Source: Yuukianura sp. NJ FZ-2021
Taxonomy: Eukaryota
Assembly (NCBI GenBank): GCA_046563655.1
Contig: CM102285.1
Location: 3,348,001 to 3,412,000 of the forward strand
Direction: 5' to 3'
DNA length: 64,000 nucleotides
Below are positions 51,607 to 64,000 of this stretch, piece after piece; the stretch's first letter is position 1; the number at the start of each line of letters is the position of its first letter. Both the position numbers and the translations under genes were made by a program. The notes under the pieces were generated by a model. That model ran no database searches. It saw only the letters and a program-made list of their open reading frames with translations, and was not told the origin of the DNA.

Positions 51607-53195
51607 TTAAATTTTTGTAGGAATTGATTGAGGGTTATTAAAGTAATTGTCGGGGTCAAATTTTTGTTTGACCTGAACCAGTCTCGGCAGATTACTTCCG
51701 TAGTATCTTTTCAAATGGTGTGCAAGGTCTCCATCTGCATAATTTTGGTAAGACTCTTGGTGATTGAAAACTTTTTTTGAAAGTTCAAAAATTTCAGTTA
51801 GCCAAACATCAGCAGCAGTTTCCGATGGATTCCGAGGATTAGCTATGTTTGTGATCCCAGCAATAGCGTATCTTCCTTTTCGATGAACGTAGGCCGTTTC
51901 ATGAACTTTGACATCATTAATAGCACCACCGTACGGATGAAAGAATAAAGTTACTGTTGGAGGCACTTTCAACAGAAGGTGCAGTAGGCGGGAGAGGTCA
52001 TCGTGACCCGCCAGTTTTTGAACATAAAAGGATTTCAAGCCTTCATACTGTTTTATAGCCGAATGACGAGTAACATTCAACAAATCCTGTGGTCCAAATC
52101 CATTTGGCATGTAAATGTATTCTTCAGCCGCGAAAATCAAAAAATCTGGATAAGAATAGGGCGCGCGAGATTTGAATTCTGGTGGCGGGAACGTTTTTTG
52201 AATTAGTTCCAACTCGAATCCAGTTCCAGTCAAGTCTAGAAAAGTGCCCAAAATTGTTCCATTGGCAATATTTAGTTTTCCAGAAATTGTTCTTGGTGCG
52301 TGAAGTGCAAAATTTTGCCAAGCTTCAAAAACTTTTACGAAATTGGACAAGTTCCATTTCAAAATTTCAACAAAAATTATCGGCGGCGCTGGAACGGTTT
52401 TGAAAGTTAAGGAAGTTACGATTCCGAATGAGGAAGCTCCGCCTCCGCGCAAGGCCCAATAGAGGTCAGAGTTCACATCTTTGCTGACTGCACGGAGTTG
52501 TCCATCGGCAGTGACAATGCGCAAGCTCAGAATGAAGTCACTTGTGAGACCGTAAGTTCGGGACAAGTACGTATTGCCACCTCCTGTTGCCAATCCGACA
52601 ATACCTACGCTTTGACAATTTGGAATTTCAAATGTTACTCGTCCTCTATTCCACAAGGTCATCACAATTGGCCCATTCTGGAAATTTCAAAACTCATTTT
52701 TAAAAATTTTATGAAATTCTAACTCCGAAGCTCTTTTGTTTCTAAAAATTGAATTGCATAAAATTTTGAAATTACCAAAGCCCCAGCGCCGATGGTTGCC
52801 GTTTGTCCTAAACTGTTCAGCGTGATGTCATTTAGTAGCTGAAGGTCAATGACCACAGAATGTTCATCTCCAAACGAGTATTTTTCATTGGAGTGACCTC
52901 CACCCAGAGCCACCATTGACACGTTGAAGTGTCGTCCACAAAGGACGGAAGCCACGACGTCCTTTTCCGTCCTTACCAAAATGAAAGCCAAAGGACGAAT
53001 GTTTTTCCGTCTTTGCTGCCATTGGTAGTTTAAATCGTTGTACTGTTTGGAATTGCTTCTGCGCACAATATTTCCCGAACCGACGCCGCTTTCCAGGAGA
53101 CAGTTTTTGAAACTTGAAAAAACTTCGGCACGAAGTCCACCGAACGTCAAAAAAAGTACAAAACTCAAAATGACAAATACTGCAACAGCTTTCAT
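51607..53195 (-). CDS. Secreted BBE/AA7-like FAD-linked oxidoreductase, copy 2 (2 exons)
   Basis: GGGHS, NCQSVG, WALRGGG, YQNY, YYGSNLPRL...FDPDNYF. Confidence 0.93.
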
Positions 53196-53500
53196 TTCGA
53201 CTTTTACAAAAAGAATGAAGTTTAGAAAGTTTTGCACACACAAAAAATTTTACATTACAGTATACGTGAATTTTTGATTCAAGTGACAAGAAAGTTTAAT
53301 GACACTTGAGCTGAATCAATCAATTTCAATATACAGGGCTTCCAATCGTAAGTTTTTTTCTATAATTTGGCTCAAATATTAAATAAAATTTTGGAAAAAA
53401 AAATCTTTTACACTCCTACGAAATTTAAATTCTCAACCAATACAATTAAGTCAAACGTTAGGCTAGTTAGGATATGCCACTAATACCGTAAGGTCAAAGG

Positions 53501-55389
53501 TCAAATTCTAGTGGGAATTGACTGTGGATTGTGAAAGTAGTTGTCTGGATCATACTTTTTCTTGATACGAACTAAACGTTGAAGGTTACTTCCATAGTAT
53601 CTCTCCAAGTAATAATCATTGCTCAACTGTGCATCGACATAATTTTGATACGACTCTTTTTGATCAAAAATTTTGGCACCAAGTTCAAAAAACTTTTGTT
53701 CCCAAAAATAAATATTGCTGGATTCCAATTTGTTTTTAGGAATGTTAGAATACTTGATTGCCGCAAGAGCAAGTCTACCGCTTCGATGTACAAATGCGGT
53801 GTCGTGAATGTCAATGTCGTTAATGGCTCCACCAAAAGCTCCAAATGAAATATGTAAATCATTTGGCATTTGACGTATGAATGTCGCCAGCAACAAAATG
53901 TCTCCGTCACTTGCAATTTTTTGAACAAAAAATGACTTTTCAATTTGATACGTCTGGGGAGCCGAAGTCCGATCGACGGTTAGCAATTCTTGCGGGTCAA
54001 TCGTCGCTCCATTTTTGCGACGCTTGAGGTCATCTCCGGCAATAGTAATCAAGTAGTCAGGAAAATTCAAATAATCCCGCGAAATAGATGTTGCCACAGG
54101 GAAAGAGTTCATAACTTTTTCAAAATTTGAATCCGTTCCTGTAGAATCTACAAAAAGTATGAAGAATCTATTATTGTAAATATTAAGTTTTGCGGTAAGC
54201 GTTCTTGGTCCATCGGTTGTAAAGGTTTGCCAAGATTTGAAAACGAGCGGGAACAAATCAAGAATCCAAGACACCGTGGCAGTAAAAAACTTTGGAGGTG
54301 CTGGAACGAGTTTCATAGTTAATGACGTTATGACTCCAAATGACGCCGCTCCACCGCCACGTAGAGCCCAGTAGAGATCGGAGTTGACGTCTTGGTTGAC
54401 GACTAAGCTTCGTCCGTCAGCAGTGACAATGCGCATGCTCTGAATATAGTCTGTCGTTAATCCGTACTGACGTGACGTAAATCCGTAACCACCTCCTGTA
54501 GCTAATCCAGAAATTCCGACAGTTGGACACGTTCCGACTGGAAAAAACGATCGAGCGCTGTTCCACAAAGTCATCATTACCGGACCGGCCTAAAAAAATG
54601 TAAAGTGTTTTGGTCGTATATTAGATCAACTCCGTATTAATCAAAAACAATTTCGACCAATGAGATTTGTGTTAACTAGAACATTTTATCAACTAGTATT
54701 GGATCAACCACCTAATTGTATCAACAGGTCAACCGAACGTGACCTTGCTCCACCTGTTCGTGCAAATGTAAATTGGATCAAAATTACAATTTACAATTGC
54801 ATCAAATGTTTCCGAGTAATTCTTTTTGATGATGCAATTTGGAATGGATCGTAATCGATTGAAGTTGAACTATTCCAATTGACGATTGAAATAGCCTTGC
54901 TATTACAATTGTGAACTTTCGATTCAAAATTTTTTCGAATACTTTTTTGAATTTTTTTTTGAATACCAGCACTCCAGAACCGATGACCACCGATGAATTG
55001 TCAATGTCCGGAACAATTGATCTCAAATTCCGCAAATCCAGCACCACAGAATCACTGTCTCCGAAGGAATACTTTTCAAAGGAATGTCCGCCAGCTCTTG
55101 CGACGACACGTACGTCCGTCTTTTTGCCGCAGATGACTGACGTCACTACGTCATTTTCACTGGTTACGACGATGTACGCCAAAGGACGAATATTTGGTGG
55201 CTTGAGTTGCCAGTGGAAGTTGAGCTGATGGTATTTCTTAGAATTCGGACTTCTGTGCACAATCATTCCAGAAACAACGCCACGATCCAGGAGACAGCGT
55301 TTAAAAGATCCAAAATCTCCAGCACACGAACTTTGCACCATGGCAAGCAAAACTAGACAAAAAAATTTTAAATTCCGCGCCACTTCCAT
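53501..55389 (-). CDS. Secreted BBE/AA7-like FAD-linked oxidoreductase, copy 3 (2 exons)
   Basis: RAGGHS, GTCPTVG, GGGYG, WALRGGG, BBE C-terminal motif. Confidence 0.93.
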
Positions 55390-55832
55390 TTTGTTTCCAC
55401 TTCGTGAATGGAGTTAACTCAAATATTCCAGGTTGTTTTGAGGGTGGCTGGAGCCAGTTGACCTTTTGTGTAGTTTGAACTTGGAGGCATGACAGAAGAA
55501 TGGAGCTTAACCTCACAATGTAAAAAGCAGTCAATGATTTATTGGAGGAAGGGAGGTTATGTTAAAGTTAACTAAAATTAGTCACGGTTTAACATAGATA
55601 AACAAGGTGAAACCACGATTTCCGATGTGCAAATTAATTCTTACTTGAAAAACATACTAAAAACAAAAAGTAGGACGAAGTTTACACCTCAAAAGTTTCC
55701 TGGCAGACAATGTTTTTTTGCGTAATAAACTCAAAATTGTTGAGGTTTCCGAATAGTTTTAAAAAGAAACCAAAAGTAATATAAAAAGCAAAAGAAAGTT
55801 TTCAAAATTTCAAAAAGAGCGAAAAACATGGA

Positions 55833-57446
55833 TTAGCTAAACTTGACCTTTGACCTTGAGTAATTTTTGCTTTTTCTTAAAATAGGAGGGATAGATTGTG
55901 GATTGTAAAAGTAGTTATCAGGATCATATTTTCTTTTGACTTCAACCAGTCGCGGAAGGTTGCTGCCGTAGTATCTGGTCAAGTAGTTCCTCAGTTGCCC
56001 ATCGACGTAGTTTTGATACGTTTCATTTCCATCAAAAATTTTTGCGCCAAGTTCAAAATATTCGTCCAATAGAGGTTTTCCCGCCAAAACGGATGTTGTA
56101 TTTCCGTCAGCTATGTACATTCCTATAATTCCAAGAGCGAATCTTCCCGTTCGATGTACAAAGGCTGATTGGTCATTCGGTACATCATTGATGGCTCCAC
56201 CGTAGGCTTGAAATGACACGGTCATAGACTGGGGCAGCTTGAGAATTTGGTCACGGACAAGTTCAAGGTCACCTTTGCCCACCATTTTTTGAACATAGAA
56301 TGAACTTTCTATTTGGTACGACGGTGTAGTCGAATAGCGTTGAATTTGAAGTAACCCCTGCGGGTTAACAACGTTGTTCACGAGACCGTATGCAAGAATA
56401 AAATCAGGGAAAGTGAACAAGTTTTGAGTGGTTGAATTGGCGGGAGGAAACAATTTTTGAATCTGGTCGTAATTTTTGGTCGTTCCGTCAGAATCTATGA
56501 AAGAAATTGAAATCGTGCCGGCATTGATGTTCATTTTGGCAGTGACACTTCTTGGACCGTCAATGGTAAAATTTTGCCATGCTTCGTAAACTTCCTCGAA
56601 GCGCTCCAGTGGCCATGTAGGTGTGACAGCAAAGATTGCTGGAGGTGCGGGAACAATCTTCATGATGAAGGACGTGATGATTCCAAATGACGCGCCACCA
56701 CCACCGCGCAGTGCCCAATATAAATCGCTGTTGGTGGTATTGTTGACGACAAGAAGCTGTCCATTGGCTGTGACTATGCGCATGCCCACGATGTAGTCTA
56801 CTGTCAAACCGTATTGCCTTGCTTGAAATCCAAATCCACCACCAGTAGCCAGTCCAGAAATTCCTACAGTTAGGCAACTGGATACTGGAAAAAACGATTT
56901 CGCTCCATTCCATAACGTCATGATTATTGGACCAATCTGAAAAATGAGGTCAAATAGCTTTAGTAGTTAGTAGATAAGCTTGGATTGTTGAAAATTTTGA
57001 AATTTTTAGATTCAGTGTCTTACCAATGCTCCTGAACCGATGGTGGCGGTTGAGGTAGAGTTATCCAGTACGACAGAGTCCAATTTGCTTAAATCCAGAA
57101 CGACCGAGCGATTATCTCCAAACGAGTATTTCTCGAAAGAGTGACCCCCAGATCTGGGGACGACTCGTACGCCGTACTTCCTACCGCAAACGACTGCTGC
57201 AACAACGTCATCTTCATCTTTTGCTTGAAAGTACGCTAATGGATGAATGTTTGGAGGTTTCAGTTGCCAGTGAAAATTCAGGTCAGTGTATGACCTTGAG
57301 TTCCCACGAACGACGATTTTTGACGCGTCTTTTCCGCCACCTTCAACACAAGCCTGGAAAGCCTGAAAATCACTTTCCCCATTAGTTTCACCTGTAACTA
57401 CACAGACTGACGTTAGGGCAAGTAGGATTGCTCCTAGAGCGGGCAT
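55833..57446 (-). CDS. Secreted BBE/AA7-like FAD-linked oxidoreductase, copy 4 (2 exons)
   Basis: RSGGHS, SSCLTVG, WALRGGG, BBE C-terminal motif, several N-x-S/T sequons. Confidence 0.93.
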
Positions 57447-58133
57447 ATTAATTTTTAATTAATTATTAATTTTCAAACTGAAGTTAATCGTTGCGTAGAC
57501 TTGTGGTGCTGTCACCACAAAAGTTGAGACAAGAATGTGGTTGATGTGTTCACTAATCTAAATGTAAGTTCTAGAGGAATTACAAGAATGACAATGACCT
57601 CCAAGCGATACACGATTAGAAGTCTTAAGCAAGAGCAATAATCACGAGCTTTAATTAGTTTTTGACTAATGTATGCTACTTAAGTTGACCTAATCTGTTA
57701 AGTCTATTGTTGTGTCATGATCATGAAATATGTACTGCGAAGAAATTCATTCTCCAAATCCAAGGACAACAGGGTCAAAATCAAAAATATCCGTATGCAT
57801 GCGTGACCTCCAACTTGGAGGTCACGTCTAACCGTCCATAATGTTAATAGCAAGGGGATCGGAGATTAGGAGGTCCTACATGATCAAAAGGGCGTAGCAA
57901 AACCGCTGAGCTCTGCCTCCTGCTCCAATACGGGTGACGGTAAGTGTTGTGAGTAGTTCCTAGTAGAGTTCAATATAAACACTAGCCAGCTGTTTTGTCA
58001 CTAGTACTTTTAGTTTTTTTCGTGCAACCTTGTTTGAGATTATATTTTGATTAACATCAAATTATAATAATTAATTGTAGTAAAAACTATTTAGTTTGTA
58101 TTAATTCTGATAGAGTTTGCAATTGGATCCAAG

Positions 58134-60222
58134 ATGGCCGAATTGGAGTCGAAGTATCAAGGTTATCCTTTTCTTTAACCAAATTTTAAACTTTCATGTG
58201 AACTAACACTGCCGATTGTTTATAGTTGGCGATTCTATGGACTCATGTATAATTTGTGGAAGCAGATTAATCGATTGGCAGTTGTCAATCGGAAGAGAAA
58301 CTATGACGGTTTGGAGGCAAAGTAGTGCTGTTGCACTATGTCAACTCTTGGAGATCAATCAGAATCATTTCATACCGATGTTTCGTAACGGTTCACACTG
58401 TCGAAATTGTTTTATACTGTGTATTGACATTGATTTTTCTTTGAAGCAACTGTCAGCTCTGGAAAGTCGGCTCAGAACTTTGAAGGAAACTGCGAAGAAT
58501 TTGATTGGAAGTTATCACACTGCAGTGAAGGCTGCTGACAATGCTGATTTGGAATCATCACAAATGTTATTGGAATTTGGGAAAGAGTTTGTAGACCATT
58601 CCAAAAGCGAATACTCCAAGAAATCATTAAGGAAATGTCGGTATCGCCAGAACCATTTACTTTATGAAGATTCCGAGTCAGACGTCGCTGATTGCGAAGA
58701 AAATGATATCGAGTATAAGTTGGACCCAGACTTCATACTTGATGCTGGTGACGGAAATGCTTTGGATGTGCCTCTACAGCCAGTAATCCAAACTGACAAT
58801 GAAGAAGTGAAAGAAACATCAAGTCACCAGAAGAAGAAAAAGAAGAGGAAGAGGAAGTATCCGGCCGTTTTCGGGAATCTGACATGTCCAGTCTCTGAAT
58901 GCAAAGAACACTTCACATCACCCATGAAACTTAAGCTTCACGTTCGTATCGTTCACGACAAAGATCCAACTCCATATCACTGTGAATTTCCCACTTGCAT
59001 TCAAAAGTTCGATATTGCCACCGACTGGCTAAACCACTACGACGACCATAAAGATACTGATGGTAAGTACCGTTGCATAATTGAAGGTTGTACCAAAGGA
59101 TTTAAGAAACGCCGGAATCTGACACTTCACCTCGACACCAGGCACGATCCCAGCAGGAAGTATTCCTTACGTCGTCCAATAGAACCGCAGAAGCTACGTA
59201 TTCGATGCGACATTTGTTCTCTGAGTTTTGACGGCAGTGAAACCGAACAATTAACGCAACACGAGGCGTTACATTTAACGCATACCCCCTTCTCGTGTAT
59301 CGTCAATCCCTGTGGTGCCAGTTTCATCAATTTGACAGAACTCAGACTGCATGTTGGGCTACACCACGAAGAAATCAAGTTTTTATGTCCGTCTTGTCCA
59401 GACAAAGTCTTTCGAAGTCAAACGCTTCTGAATTTTCATATGCACAAAATATGCGGAAGAAGAATAAGCGACCCGAAAGTTTACCAATGTGACTACCCGA
59501 AGTGTGGGCGCTTGTTAGCTAATTCTACAAACTTACAAGTTCACATGAAACTTCACACTGCCCAGCGTGATCATGTTTGCGACCAATGTGGAGCGTCATA
59601 TAAGCAGAAGGTAAAAGTTGCATCATTTTATCACAGTTCCAAAAATTTATTTTCGCATTGTTTTCGTTGCAGAAAGGTTTGGTGCGACATAAACTAACGA
59701 GTCACAATAAAGAAACGCCGCACAAGTGCTTGTACTGCGTCAAGGCGTTTCCGACTGTAACACACTTAAGGGTAACGATATTGAACCAAGATTACATCCA
59801 AGTTTTGAAATTAAAAATTTTGATTCTCCTGAATTGACAGAGCCACGAGGAGACGCATAGCACTAAAAAGAATTTTCTGTGTTCTGGTTGCGGAAAGGCG
59901 TTCGGATGTAAAGCTAATCTCCGTCAACACGCTACGTATTTTTGTCAACAGAGAGCCGATCTTTCCAGGAAACAGAAATCACCAAAGTCAAAATCAAAGA
60001 CCAAAGATCGTGAGGTCAAGAATAAGGAACAGGAATTACTTATGACCTCCAGTACCAATAATCCTAACGAAATTGAAACAAGTTATTCACGCACGAACTA
60101 CGCTGAAGGTAAGGAACACTGAAAAATGATAATTTAACTAAATGATCGGCTACTCAAAAAAAGATTCAATAATTTTACTTTTTCTAGGACTAGCGGACGG
60201 CAACACCCGACTGCCCAGCTAA
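58134..60222 (+). CDS. C2H2 zinc-finger protein with ZAD-like N-terminal C2-C2 domain
   Basis: CIICG...HCRNC, acidic linker, poly-K NLS and roughly ten C2H2 fingers. End exons inferred from GT-AG sites. Confidence 0.88.
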
Positions 60223-60636
60223 GGAACGGCTAAAAGTAGGTGAGCATGTACAATTTCCGAAAAATTATTAGGAATGATAAGACGAATTTTCAGTCGCTAT
60301 TTTTACCGGTTTTTTTTTTAAACCCTAAACTATTAGTTTTGTATTTTGAACAGAACATAATGCTAAAAGTTCAGATTAGCACTTTATGAACGGAGACTCA
60401 CGCCTTAAATGGAAGGTTTATCATAGTCTCCAAATCACCTCCATGACCTTTGACTTTGACCTGAATCATAGATATAAAACATAAACAATAGCATATCCCT
60501 AAAAGTTAAGCTAAGTTAAGCATAGCAGAAGCAGAGGCGTAGCTTATCCTCATATTCAACCACCAATTTTTACCAAGCGAACTATAACTCTAATTTTGAT
60601 TCTTGCAGGGAAGCGGACTAATAGTAATTTCGGAAA

Positions 60637-61074
60637 ATGGAAGCCAAACTGCCAGGAACAGGATCGTTGCGTTTGGTGTTGTACAAGGATGAACTCACCG
60701 TAAATCGTCTAAATGCAGACAGCGCTGTTCCAGCTGCAGTGCTGACGTTGAAGTGGTTCACCATCAGTAAAACGTTGGACGAACTGTCAATAATTGTTCC
60801 GTCCAAAGGCGACGTATTGAAGGATGTCCCAGGATTGAAGCAAGAAGGGGGTTGGCGATGCTTCAAAATCGATTCAATTTTGGATTTCGGACTCGTTGGG
60901 ATTCTAGCCAGCGTTGTCAATCCATTGAAAGAAGCGAAGATCCCAGTCTTTGTTGTCAGCACATATGACACCGATTACGTGCTAATTGGTAAGCAGAACA
61001 TCGAAGACGCAAGAAGAGTTATCAGTGACCAAACAAACTTCGAAATTGTTGACAGTGATTTGTCACTTTGTTAA
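60637..61074 (+). CDS. Short ACT-domain protein of the prokaryotic CASTOR-related type, intronless CDS
   Basis: WFTISKTLDELSII...GWRCFKI...LDFGLVGILASV...L..AKIPVFVVSTYDTDYVLI, 145 aa. Confidence 0.88.
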   Translation: MEAKLPGTGSLRLVLYKDELTVNRLNADSAVPAAVLTLKWFTISKTLDELSIIVPSKGDVLKDVPGLKQEGGWRCFKIDSILDFGLVGILASVVNPLKEAKIPVFVVSTYDTDYVLIGKQNIEDARRVISDQTNFEIVDSDLSLC

Positions 61075-61313
61075 AAGTTGAAAGTCGACATTAAACACGT
61101 CGAATCAGAATTCCATAGAATCAAACGGAAGATGCATTACGGATTTACGGTAATGCGTCTTCCATTTTCGTTCAAATTGTTACAAGTTTACTAAGATTGA
61201 TTCAAAATTGTAGCAGTTTTAGCCAGTGCAGTTTTTGAGATTGTTTAAAGCATTTTCGTATTTCATGAAATTTTTTTTTGTAATGTTAAGTTTGAGGAGA
61301 TCGTGAGTTAACT

Positions 61314-62507
61314 TCAGAGGTAAAAGCTCTTGGGTGTGTCAGCCACGAAGACATGATTGTGGCGCTCCATGAGTTGGATATCTTTTTCCAGATCCTTCAA
61401 CTCCGCTTCCAGCGCACTCTTCCGTTTGACCAGACCTTCAGTGTCGATATACAGCGGAAGAGACTGGTACTCACGGTAAGTTTCAGCCCAGTTCATTTTC
61501 AATCCGTTGATCATGCTTTGTCGTTCCACTTCGTCGAGATGACGACATTTCGCCTGTGCTGCCATGTCAGCATTCTCTGCCTCACATTTTGCCTTTTGAT
61601 CAGCTTCGTAGAGTTCTCTCTTCCGATTAACGAGGTAGCCCGGAATCATTCCAAAGTCTTGACGACACACGTACTTCCGAGGATAGCCAGAAACGCCCCA
61701 CTCGAACCGATGTCCCTTGGGATGGTCAACATAGAAGCTTTGTGGAACCTTTCCTGGCTGCCGGATAACCTTGAGAGCATTGTCCATCACGTAGTCTTTT
61801 TTCCCGCGCTGAATCACCGCAAATCCTTGGCACGGTGAAGGAATGCTTGGTTTCTGACGATTACAACAGAGGCGTGGAACGCGTGCCCGAGCCATGACGA
61901 CGTTCACTTGGCATTCTTCCGTGCCGCCTTGATTACAATCTCCGCTTTGGGCTGGAGCGCCGTCGCATTCTTGAGTTTGAGCATTAGCATCCCCAGCTCC
62001 GTCCGGTTTTGATTCACATACTTGGTTTGCCGAATTTGCACTTGCAAACTTCACGCGTGGAACTAAGTCAAATTGGAATTAGATTTAAGTAAAGTTTGAA
62101 ACTAGGATGATAAAAATCGATAATTCGATATAAATTTGGTAAAACGGCACATCGATTTAATTGGATTTAAATAACAATTAGCTTACCCGCTGCGGGCCGA
62201 ACCGAAATCGGAACACGCGATTGCTTCCGCAAGTAGTTTTCAGGAGGGCAGAGGCAGACCTGCGGAAGACCCATTGTTCGGAAACACCCAGTTTTCTGGC
62301 AGCAGCTTTCGCTTTTCACCATGTTTGAATATCTCGACCGATACCTATAATACAAACAATGGTTTATCGTTAACATGAACATTCTAGTCATTTACTCCTA
62401 CAATTGACATGGACTTACATTGGCGGCTTCATGATGTGACAATCTGGGATTTGAATGGCATTGTAGACACTCTCGCCATGATTGATATTGCGACACAAGG
62501 TGTACAT
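61314..62507 (-). CDS. ENKUR: Enkurin-like protein
   Basis: ESVYNAI, YRSRY, RTMG...PPENYLRK, DFGMIPGYL, GLKMNW...YQSLPLYIDT...RK..LEAELKDLEKDI. Confidence 0.85.
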
Positions 62508-63310
62508 CTTCTTTCAGTTCCTTGAGTTGGACCGCAGTAAAATCAACGTTTGCTTCAAATTCGGAGAGGAAAACGATGGGAAAAAGAGGTCAAAATGAGA
62601 GCTCGACTCCTGAAAAAATCGAAGCAAGCAGGCGGATTGATCCAACAACATTTTGGACACTACTTTCTGCGTAAACAAGCCTGTTACCATGGCAATACAT
62701 GTCATACATCCAATTGCTTGTATTGTTGTTATTGGCATCTTCTCTTCAGGTCAAGTTCTTTGCGAAGTCATAAAATGAAATGAATCCAAAAATGTCAAGA
62801 CGCCGCTATAATCATAATCCGAGCATGTGCAGCGTTGTTTACTTTTTTTTAGGAGATCTTGGATTTGGATTGGATAAAAAGAGAAACGGTTGGGGTAAGG
62901 TTTAACGATCGTAATTTCAGCCCCACGAACCACTTTGCAGCTCCAATTATCACGCTACGCTGTGCCTGTGCGGCTACTTATGCTTTAGCTTTAGCTTACC
63001 TTTTTATTTACGTTTGAACGGTTATAAATGTTTTTCTTGAACAAAGATTTATAAAAAAGCTATAAATGTAGCCAGTCGCAGTTTATTGTAACCACACAAG
63101 ACGGGTGTGGTGGTTACATTGTGCGACTACAACGAGAATCGTTACACCTTACGTCAACCGAAGTTCCACTGATATGATAACAAAAATCTGTATTTCTCTG
63201 TTCTCAATTCAGCTGACCTCTGACCTTCAACAACTGTCAGTGAGTGACGAGTTGTCCTTGTCACGTTCAGTTTTACGTAAAGAGAGAAGATCAAAAAGTA
63301 ATCCATCACC

Positions 63311-64000
63311 ATGAACGGAATCCTCAGTATAATCTGGACATTCTTCAGTGATCCTGTAGCTTTAACGGGCATTCACATGTTCTATGCTGTGATTATACAG
63401 CTGATCGTATTTTACTCGATTCTGTTCCTGATGCTGATATCCTTCCATATCGTCAATATCCTGGACTTGAAACGTAGCAGGTTCTTTCACGAAGCTGAGG
63501 CTGCAAGGAATTTTGCAGTGAGTCTGGTTATTGTTTATCTGAAACTTACAATTTCCGGGTTAGGTGAGCTAATATTTCAATTTGAATTGATCTTTACTTT
63601 ACAGAACCACATGCAATTGGATATGCAACGTACACTTGCTGACTTTATGGACAAAAGCTTTAATTTCATGTGGAGAAAGGATAAGGGGTTCACTGATGCT
63701 GGTATGGTTCACCTTCTTCCGAAACGACTTCGGACTGATATCGCAATGCACATGTTTGCTCCAATGGTCGAGAAGGTATGCAGCATTTAGTTTTATGAGT
63801 CAATCGGATTGTTTCAACTTCGGCTTGGATGTTATTTTGTTTTGGTTATCCAGTCACACTTTTTTTTCTATTTCAGTCGGAAATTTTGAAAACTTGCTTT
63901 GACCCTGAGGAGCTTGAGGTGCTTGCCAGCCATGTTCAAATCAAACATTACTTCGGGAACTCATTCATAATTTCACCAAAATCAATGGGAACTTGCATGT
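63311..64000 (+). CDS. CNG/HCN-related C-linker plus cyclic-nucleotide-binding-domain protein (runs off the window)
   Basis: Hydrophobic N-terminus, FNFMWRKDKG...LPKRLRTDIAMHMF, next exon SEILKTC...LASHVQIKHYFGNSFIISPKSMGTCM. Confidence 0.65.

Noticed and set aside
49760-61074. Microbial contamination as the source of BBE and ACT genes
   Set aside because: The BBE genes have spliceosomal introns and signal peptides and are contiguous with animal genes (Spindly, zinc finger, enkurin) without gaps.
61353-61838. 161-aa plus-strand ORF and similar antisense ORFs over CNOT7, BBE and ACT genes
   Set aside because: Shadow ORFs opposite well-supported genes.

Overview
Gene-dense, intron-rich animal DNA. 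It is arthropod-like: AA15 LPMO, Tret1-type transporter, ZAD-like zinc finger and GR-like receptor. A springtail is plausible given the microbial-type enzymes, but that is inference. Conserved genes recognised: CNOT7, METTL15, UQCC2, mitochondrial phosphate carrier, NELF-C/D, C8orf82-like, AKTIP, eIF6, CANT1-type apyrase, PIG-S, Spindly and enkurin. Candidate horizontally acquired genes: a type I Baeyer-Villiger monooxygenase, four tandem secreted BBE/AA7-like FAD oxidases and a bacterial-type ACT protein. Most notable observations: (1) a 5.37-kb element at 5166-10535 with ~531-bp near-identical TIRs, AG...CT ends and a perfect 6-bp TSD, i.e. Polinton/Maverick-type ends, but with no recognisable Polinton genes and an intact intronless secreted CAP gene as cargo; (2) a 3-exon UQCC2 gene missed by the ORF track whose stop codon overlaps the METTL15 start (ATGA), suggesting a bicistronic mitochondrial gene pair; (3) a 742-bp MITE in codons 2-3 of AKTIP whose own TIRs supply in-frame splice sites; (4) NELF-C/D and C8orf82-like start codons only 44 bp apart. 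Exon boundaries were read by eye and homology calls are from motif recognition, not database searches.
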